A model generated the notes under the pieces. That model had not been told where the DNA came from and did no database searches. It saw only the letters and a program-made list of their open reading frames with translations. A stretch of 64,000 nt of DNA. Origin: the human T2T-CHM13v2.0 reference genome, Homo sapiens. The translations under genes were made by a program, and so were the position numbers. The stretch is taken from the NCBI RefSeq assembly GCF_009914755.1, contig NC_060934.1. One strand, 5' to 3'. This document shows, piece after piece, positions 55,601-64,000 of this stretch; positions within the stretch are counted from its first letter, which is position 1, and each line of letters begins with the position of its first letter.

Positions 55601-56010
55601 AAACTGTCCCTAAGAGAAACTATTCTGCTCGCAGCCCACACTGAGAGGACAGCCACAGGAGGGCAGGTTTGGTATTATTTTCTCCCACTTCAACACTATT
55701 TAGGTCATAGGCAGGTACCCAATTCAAGAAGAGTTAATCTGTTGGCTGGCTGGTGATTGGTTATGAGGTTTGACATAAAAAGTTGTGTTGTGTTAATCAA
55801 TCTTGAAAATTTGAACTAGAATTTATGGAGAAACCATTAGTTAGCAGTCAAGATCAAAGCTGAAAGTTTCTGTAAAGAGCAGCCATCTTATAAAATCAGA
55901 ACCAGAGGGGGCCAATGGAACTGAGGCTACAAGGAAACTAGAGCCAAAGTGCAAGGAAGAAGAAACTGTAAATAGACTGAACCTATAATGTTTAAAAAGA
56001 AAAAAAAATA

Positions 56011-56330
<320 letters not shown>

Positions 56331-56914
56331 AAAATAAACAGGCAAAAGCAAAGTGTGGAGTAAAATAAGCCAGTGGGTGGCAAGAGGAGAATGGGGAAAA
56401 TATATCAAGAGAGTCAATAACATCAACAGAGAGAAAATGATACTCAGATAAAAGAAAAAAAAAAGAACTAGGAGTTGACTGTTTTTGAGAGTATCCTATT
56501 TTGGATTACAAGGCCACAGAAATGCTAATAACGATAATAATAAAATACTAACAAAGTCCATACTTTGCATCATGCACCACTGTTCCAAACACTTTCTACA
56601 TATTCACCTAATTTTTTTAACCTAATTTTTACACCACAATGAGGTAGGTAGGTGTTGTCATCTCCATTTTCAGGTAAGGTTACCAAGTTATTAAGGAGAA
56701 GTTGTCAACTTGACCTAGACTTCATGCTCTTAATTGCCACACTGTACTCTCTTCTATAACAATATTATACTAATTTATGATGCTGTGAGTAAGTGATGAT
56801 CCTTGAAAGCATAAAGCCATCACTGAAGGAAACATTACAATGCCTGGTGTAAAGAAAAACAAAAGAGAGAGAGTGTGTGTGTGTGCATGTGAAAGAGAGA
56901 GAGAAAGAATAAAT

Positions 56915-59155
56915 ATATAAAATTCGCTAAGTTAACCATTTATAAAACTCAGTGGCATTAAGTACATTCACATAGCTGTGCAACTATCCATCTCCAGAAC
57001 TTTTTAGCACCTCAAACTGAAATTCTGTACTCATTAAACAATAGCTTCCCATTCTTCCTTCCCCCTAGTACCTAGTAAGCTCTATTATACTTTCTACCTC
57101 TTTTGTTGACTATTCTAGATACTTCGTATAAGTGGAATTATACAACATTTGTTCTTTTGTGTCTGGCTTATTTCCCTTAACATAATATTTTCAAGGTTTA
57201 TTCAAGTTGTAGTATGCATCAGAATTTCATTACTTTTCAAGATTAAATAATATTCTACAGTATGTACATACTATGTTTTGCTCACCCATTCATCTGTCAG
57301 TGGACATTGGGTTGTTTCCATATTTTGGCTGTTGTGAATAATGCTGTTATGACCATTGTTGTACAAATGCCTGCTCAAGTCTTGGCTTGCAATTATTTGG
57401 GGTATATGCCCAGAAATGGAATTGCTGGATTATATGACAATTTTTTTAAAAAGGGGTCTCACTCTGTCACCTATGCTGGAGTGTAGCGGCTCAATCTCAG
57501 CTCACAGCAACTTCCACCTCTCAGGCTCAAGCGATCCTCCCACCTCAGCCTCCCAAGTAGCTGGGACCACAAATGCGCACCACCACACCCAGATAATTTT
57601 TTGTATTTTTGATAGAGACAAGGTTTCGTCATGTTGCCCAGGCTGGTCTAGAACTCCTGAGCTCAGGTGATCTACTGGCCTCAGCCTCCCAAAGTGCTGG
57701 GATTCCAGGCGTGAGCCACTGTGCGAAGACTGACAATTCTAAATTTAATTTATGAAATGGCCACATTGTTTTCCACAGAAGTTGCACCATTTTGTATTCA
57801 TATCTGCAATGCCCAAGAGTTCCTATTTTTTCATATCCTGGCCAAAACTTATTTTCTCTTTTGTTTTTTCTTTTAATCCCAACCATCCTAATGGGTGTGA
57901 AGTGGCATCTCATTGAGGTTATGTTTGCATTTCCCTAATGATTAATGATGCTGAACATCTTTTCATGTGCTTATTGACGAACTGTTTATCTTCTTTGGAG
58001 AAATGTCTATTCAAGTATTTTGCCCATTTTTAAATTGTTTTTTCTTGTTGACTTTTAGGAGTCCTTTACATATTCTGGTTATTAATCTCTGATCATATAT
58101 ATGATTTGTAAATATTTTCTCCCACTCTTAGGGTTGCCTCTTCCCTCTCTTGCTAATGTCCTCTGATATACAGAAGTTTTAAATTTTGATGAAGTCCAAT
58201 TTTTTTTTCCATTTTTTGTGCTTTTGGTGTCATATGCACATTGCCAAATCTGATGTCACGAAGTGTCACTCTATGTTTTCTTCTAAGAGTTCTATATTTT
58301 TAGTCACTATGTTTAAGTCTTTGATTCATTTTGAGTTAAGTTTTGTATATGGCACAAGGTGGGGCAAACTTCATTCGTTGCCATGTACTTGTTTTCCCAG
58401 CACCAATTGTTGAAAAGACTATCCTTTACCCATAGAATTATCTGGGCAGCCTTGTCAAAAATCATTTGACTGTAAATGCAAGGGTTTATTTCTGGGATAT
58501 CTTTTCTATGCCATTGATCTATATGTCTGTATCACACTGATTTGATTATTGCAGTTTGTAATGAATTTTGAAATTAGAAAGTGTGAGGCCTCCAAATTTG
58601 TTCTTATTTTTCAAGATTATTTTGGCTACTCAAGGTCCCTTGAGATTCCATATGAAATTGAGGATGTGTTTTTTTCTATATGTGCAAAATACATTGTTGG
58701 TATTTTGATAGGGATTACATTGAACTGGTACATTGCTTTGGTTAGTATTATCATCTTCATAATATTAAATTTTATAATCCATGAACATATGATGTCTTTT
58801 CTGTTTTTTATGTCTTCTTTAATTTCTTTCAGCAATATTTTGTAGTTTTCAGCAAAAACTACAAAGGAAAAGACATTCAGGTAAAAGTCTTTCACCTCTT
58901 TCGTTAAGCTTATTCCTAGGCATTTCATTTCGTATGATGCTATTATTAAGTGAAATTGTTTTCTCACTTCCCTTTTCAGATTGTTCATTGTTCGTATACA
59001 AAGACACACTGATTTTTGTGTGTTGATTTTGTATTCTACTGAATTCTGTTATTAGTTTTAAGATTTGTGTGTGTATAATCTTCAGGATTTTCTAAATATA
59101 AGAGTATGTCATCACTGAACAGTGATAATTTTATTTCTTCCTTCTCAATTTGGAT
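56915..59155 (-). mobile_element. L1MB-type LINE 3' region, split by Alu
   Basis: cagtggcattaagtacattcaca 3' UTR; ORF2 peptides (ENYKILLKEIKEDIKNRKDIICSW). Confidence 0.9.
57441..57728 (-). mobile_element. AluJb-like
   Basis: ggctcaagcgatcctcccacc, ctcctgagctcagg; TSD tgacaatt. Confidence 0.92.
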
Positions 59156-60305
59156 ACCACCAAAAAATATATATAAGTTTTTTTATTCGTTTAAAGTTGG
59201 ATTTTGTCAGGCAAGTAAAAAGAAAGGAATTAATTGGATTGATTGAGGTTATAGGAGGAGTACACAGAACTCCAAGGAACTGCTGAAAGCACTCACCAGC
59301 CTCCTTTTAAATGGGGCTTCTGTTATTCCAAGGACATTCCCTGCCCACGCTCGCTCATAAGGGCTGTGTTTGATCCTCATTTCTCTTTCCTCATAGAGGC
59401 CTGTCCAAATTAGCTCCTGTTAGACCCTGTGCATTAGGTTGTCTGACACCCCAGACCAAAGCCAGTTTAGTTAGCTTCAGCTGGTCCCATTCTATCTTCT
59501 TTAGGCTTCTCCCCATTTTTACTGGTATATATGGCCAAGACCTCAACATGCTTCAGGCTAAGCTTCCTCATATTTTTCTATTAAATCAGATAGACAACTT
59601 TTACTACATTCTAAACTCATTTACCTTGGGAAACCCTTGAACATCTAAACTACGTTCAGAATATTTAGGATTTTCAGACTGTCTCAAGATTTTCTTTGTG
59701 TCCCTCTAGGTATTAGAAGCTTGTATTTACAGGCATCTCATTTGCACAGACGCCTTCTAAGACCCATAAGAGACTCTAGAAATGTGTTCACATTGTCGTT
59801 TATTCTAGTAAAACCTGCCACAAATAGTTTTGGGATCCAGCTAAGGGGAAGTTGAGTTGAGGATACATTTAGTTTGTGTTTAGTGGGTAATTTCAGGTGT
59901 TTTACAGTCACTTCCCTATATTTTTTACCACCTTCATACTTGTGGTATTGACATCGGATCATGATAGAACCAATAGAGACTTTGCCTGTCCTAATTATAT
60001 GTGCTCTCCTTTCTGAAACACCCCCCAAACAAACTATGCTAAAACAAAGACTGAATTATCTTCTCAGTTTCTACATAGAAAGTGACATTACAAAATAACT
60101 TGTTGTCATTTTAGAGGTGATCAAGACTGTGCAGTGAAAGACAGAAAAAAAGAAAAGAAAAAAGTGTTATGAGGGTGTATCTGACACATCATTTATACAA
60201 ATGTATTATTTTTCTGGATTTTGCTATATTTTGATATTTGACAGCATTTTAAAATTAGTATCTAGTTGGTTTTTGTTTTCTAAATAAATATTCACTTTTT
60301 CTTAA

Positions 60306-60676
<371 letters not shown>

Positions 60677-60899
60677 AAACAGTGTTTTCTTGTTTTTTTT
60701 TTTTTTTTTAATAAAAAAACCTATCTTCTGAAATGATAAAATGAACACATATTCAACTGCAATATTTTTATTCTTTACAGAGAAAAATGACTTCTTTCCC
60801 TTCACCTTCCTTTTGATGTGACAGTGGTTTTCTTCAAAAAAGTTATTTTGCTTTTACTATATGTGTAAAAATGGAAGAATAGTGTAGGAGTTATAAAAA

Positions 60900-61080
60900 T
60901 AACATTACTGAGGACCTGCAATGTGCCAGGCATGTTTCTAATTACTTGATTTGTATTGTTTTTCATCCCCTGAGAACGATCTTATCAGTATCTCCAATGT
61001 GCTGACAAGACAATGGAGGCACAAAGAGATGAAATAACTTGCCCAAAATTATAGAAGAAACTCTAGATTGGAAGCCAAGA
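60900..61080 (-). mobile_element. MIR
   Basis: gtgccaggcatg...gaggcacaaagagatgaaataacttgccca. Confidence 0.65.
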
Positions 61081-62449
61081 GGCTCAAGTTAAAGTTTCAC
61101 TTTGCTTTAAACTGATTTTATGCCCATAAAAAAAGTCATATTACCTCTCCAGGACCTATTTTCACAGAAATACATGTATGCATACACTGAGGTGGGGTGT
61201 GGAGACAGGGTTTGAATTAGCTCATGCCTTAGAGGTTCTTCAGATTTTAGCATTTGATTTAATGCTGATGTATATACTTCTCTTGAAAGATTTCTAAAAA
61301 CAATTACTTAAAAGGTGAAAATAAATCTACATAATTTAATTTTTCCCAGAGATAGTTCAATATTGGCATTGATACAAATAATCTTAAAAATTTTACTTAA
61401 TATAACAAAAGCACTTTGTGGATTAAAAAGATGATTTATATGTAGTATCTATAGGTCTGATTACCTCAGTGGCACGGCAAGTAGAGAAAATTAAAATAAC
61501 TAGATATATGATGCCTCGAATACATCTAAGGTTGTATGTGAGGTGAATTTATGTAACATCCACTTAAATTGGTAACATCATCATAATTTCAGAATTCTAG
61601 CAACTGGAGTAATGGCATCAAATTCAATGCTCTAACTCTGTTCATCCTTTTCTCAGTTGCTTAAATGATGTTCTACTACTACCAAATATTTCTCACTTTC
61701 TACGTAGTTTTTCCACATTTCTTTATTTTGATAACTTTTTCTATTTTACCTGCTCTCATACTATACTTCATCTATGGCAAATTACCTTTACACTTCAAAT
61801 TACGGCATGTAATACTTCCCACCATGAATCTCCATGTCAGAACTTTATGTTAAATGATAAAAGCATTTCAGAGTAGGGGAGGGTGTGGTGCTGAGGAGAC
61901 CTAACCTGCCATGGACTCCAGGTTTACAATTAATGAAACTGCATTCAACTTTGGCCTCACAACCTTTTTTGTAATCTTCTTACTCCATGAAGGGATGATC
62001 CCTGCATGATGGGATCACTCACACGGAAACTTCTCACAAGACTCTCATTTGCCTTGGATAAACGTATAAGAAACCAAGCTATCCTATTCTAGGGGTTAAA
62101 AGTATTTTTTAAGAGGAGAAGGGGACAAAGTTTATTTCTGGGAGGATAGAGCTTTCTGTGAAAGTATATGCCAGTATAAATTTTCGTATCTCATAAAACA
62201 TACTGCTGAAGAGGAAAAGTTCAACCTAGGACTATTTCGGTTATGGAAAATGTAATAAGTGGGAAAAATAATGCTCCCGGGAGGTCTGTAAAAGGCAATA
62301 ATTCCACATGAAAATCAAAACATTTATTTTACTGTCTTTTACACTAAATATTAAGATTGGACAACCTTCCAAATTAAATAAGTAAAAGAGGAAAAGAATA
62401 TAAAATGCATTGCTTGTGATGATAAAACAAAATCACCAATACGTAGGGT

Positions 62450-62625
62450 TTGTAGACTAATAAAAATAGAATTTGGAGTGAGGACTCCCATTTTAATCCA
62501 GCTCCATTACTTAGTTTTGGTGGTTTTAGACAAATTGCTTACTCTCTGAGCCTCAATTTCCTAATCTGTAATGATCATTAAAATGCTTGTTACAAAGGTT
62601 GTTGGTAGAATTAAATTAGATTATG
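62450..62625 (+). mobile_element. MIR
   Basis: aatccagctccattactta...actctctgagcctcaatttcctaatctgtaa. Confidence 0.7.
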
Positions 62626-62782
62626 GTTTGTTCGTTTGTTTGTTTGTTTTTGTGAGATGGAGGCTTGCTCTGTTGCCCAGACTAGAGAGCAGTGGTGCAG
62701 CCCCAAAAATTCAAGCAATGCTCCTGGCTCAGCCTCCTGAGTAGCTTGGATGACAGGCACTTGCCACCATGCCCAACTAATT
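62626..62782 (-). mobile_element. Alu right-arm fragment with internal deletion
   Basis: (GTTT)n tail, gctctgttgcccag...ctcagcctcctgagtagc. Confidence 0.8.
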
Positions 62783-63426
62783 TACAAATGATTGCTTCTA
62801 TAAAGATAATTTGAAAATAAAATACAAGAATGCTTTAGGGATTTAAAAGAATACTATACACAAATATATATACACACAGAATTTACAATTTTGTTGAACT
62901 CAACAATCATTTTAATATTCCAATTTTTTTAAGTCTGAGTTAAATAAATATAAATAAGAAAAATTGAATCTACACACAATTTTTTAGGGTTTTCCTGTAA
63001 CATAAAACTAAAATAAGAGAAAAATTGCCTTAAAACTATCTGATACCAATAACACATATTACAGTTTAAAGTAATAAAAATACTTTAACTGGCAATGATG
63101 AAAAAATAAATATAGGCAACAGAGATTTTTTGATCCATTATAATTTGCTACTCAGAGATTTAATAAGTTTAGAATTTGGAGTGGAAAAAAATTGGTACTA
63201 TCTCCCAAATCATTTCAGTTCAAATGGAGAAATTTAAAATGAATTTAATATTTTTGCCAAATCTCCTTTTTTTAAAGGACTTTTATGTCAGAAACATCTA
63301 CAAAGTTTCTCTTTAATGTACCATCCAATTTCATATAGACATAAAGTCAAAATGTAAGCTATTCATTAATTGCCAAAGTGTGTTTCATATAATAAGAGGT
63401 TGGCAAAAGTTAAAAAGAAAAAACAA

Positions 63427-63850
<424 letters not shown>

Positions 63851-64000
63851 TCAAATGATTTTTGCTCTGTGTCTACCATTTATCTAAGTTAGAGAGCATA
63901 AGACAGGAGAAACTCAGAAAATATTTCACTTTAAGTGTTCTAAGGGAGAAAAGTCACGCATAAATATTCAATAAAGGACAACACGTATATGAAATCTATG

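Overview
Primate (very likely human) AT-rich genomic DNA dominated by retroelement fossils. The only convincing coding feature is a 157-bp minus-strand exon (51859-52015), missed by the ORF track, encoding IINAALALAARPKSQAVKNTMEMYKRTWENHIHVLTEAVDDITSIDDFLAVS(E). I recognise this as CTNNA3 (alpha-T-catenin; from memory exon 11, 10q21.3), so the rest of the window is its flanking introns. The repeats include about 17 Alu/FLAM copies, L1PA/PB/MA/MB/ME pieces (two with twin-priming inversions), L2, L3/CR1, MIR, MaLR LTRs (THE1, MST, MLT1), MER41A and MER4A solo LTRs, an HSMAR2 fossil, MADE1 and MER63. The listed ORFs are repeat-derived or chance. I see no new multi-gene system. The most notable observations are: (1) an L1 3' fragment whose apparent 16-bp target-site duplication spans the exon's splice acceptor, so the exon would run on an L1-derived branch region while a duplicate acceptor sits 229 nt upstream; (2) an unidentified 195-nt retrocopy with a perfect TSD but no poly(A) signal; (3) a MADE1 hairpin with paired compensatory changes; (4) inverted and direct Alu pairs bracketing the out-of-frame exon. 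Repeat subfamily names are by eye from remembered consensus sequences, and boundaries of old elements are approximate.
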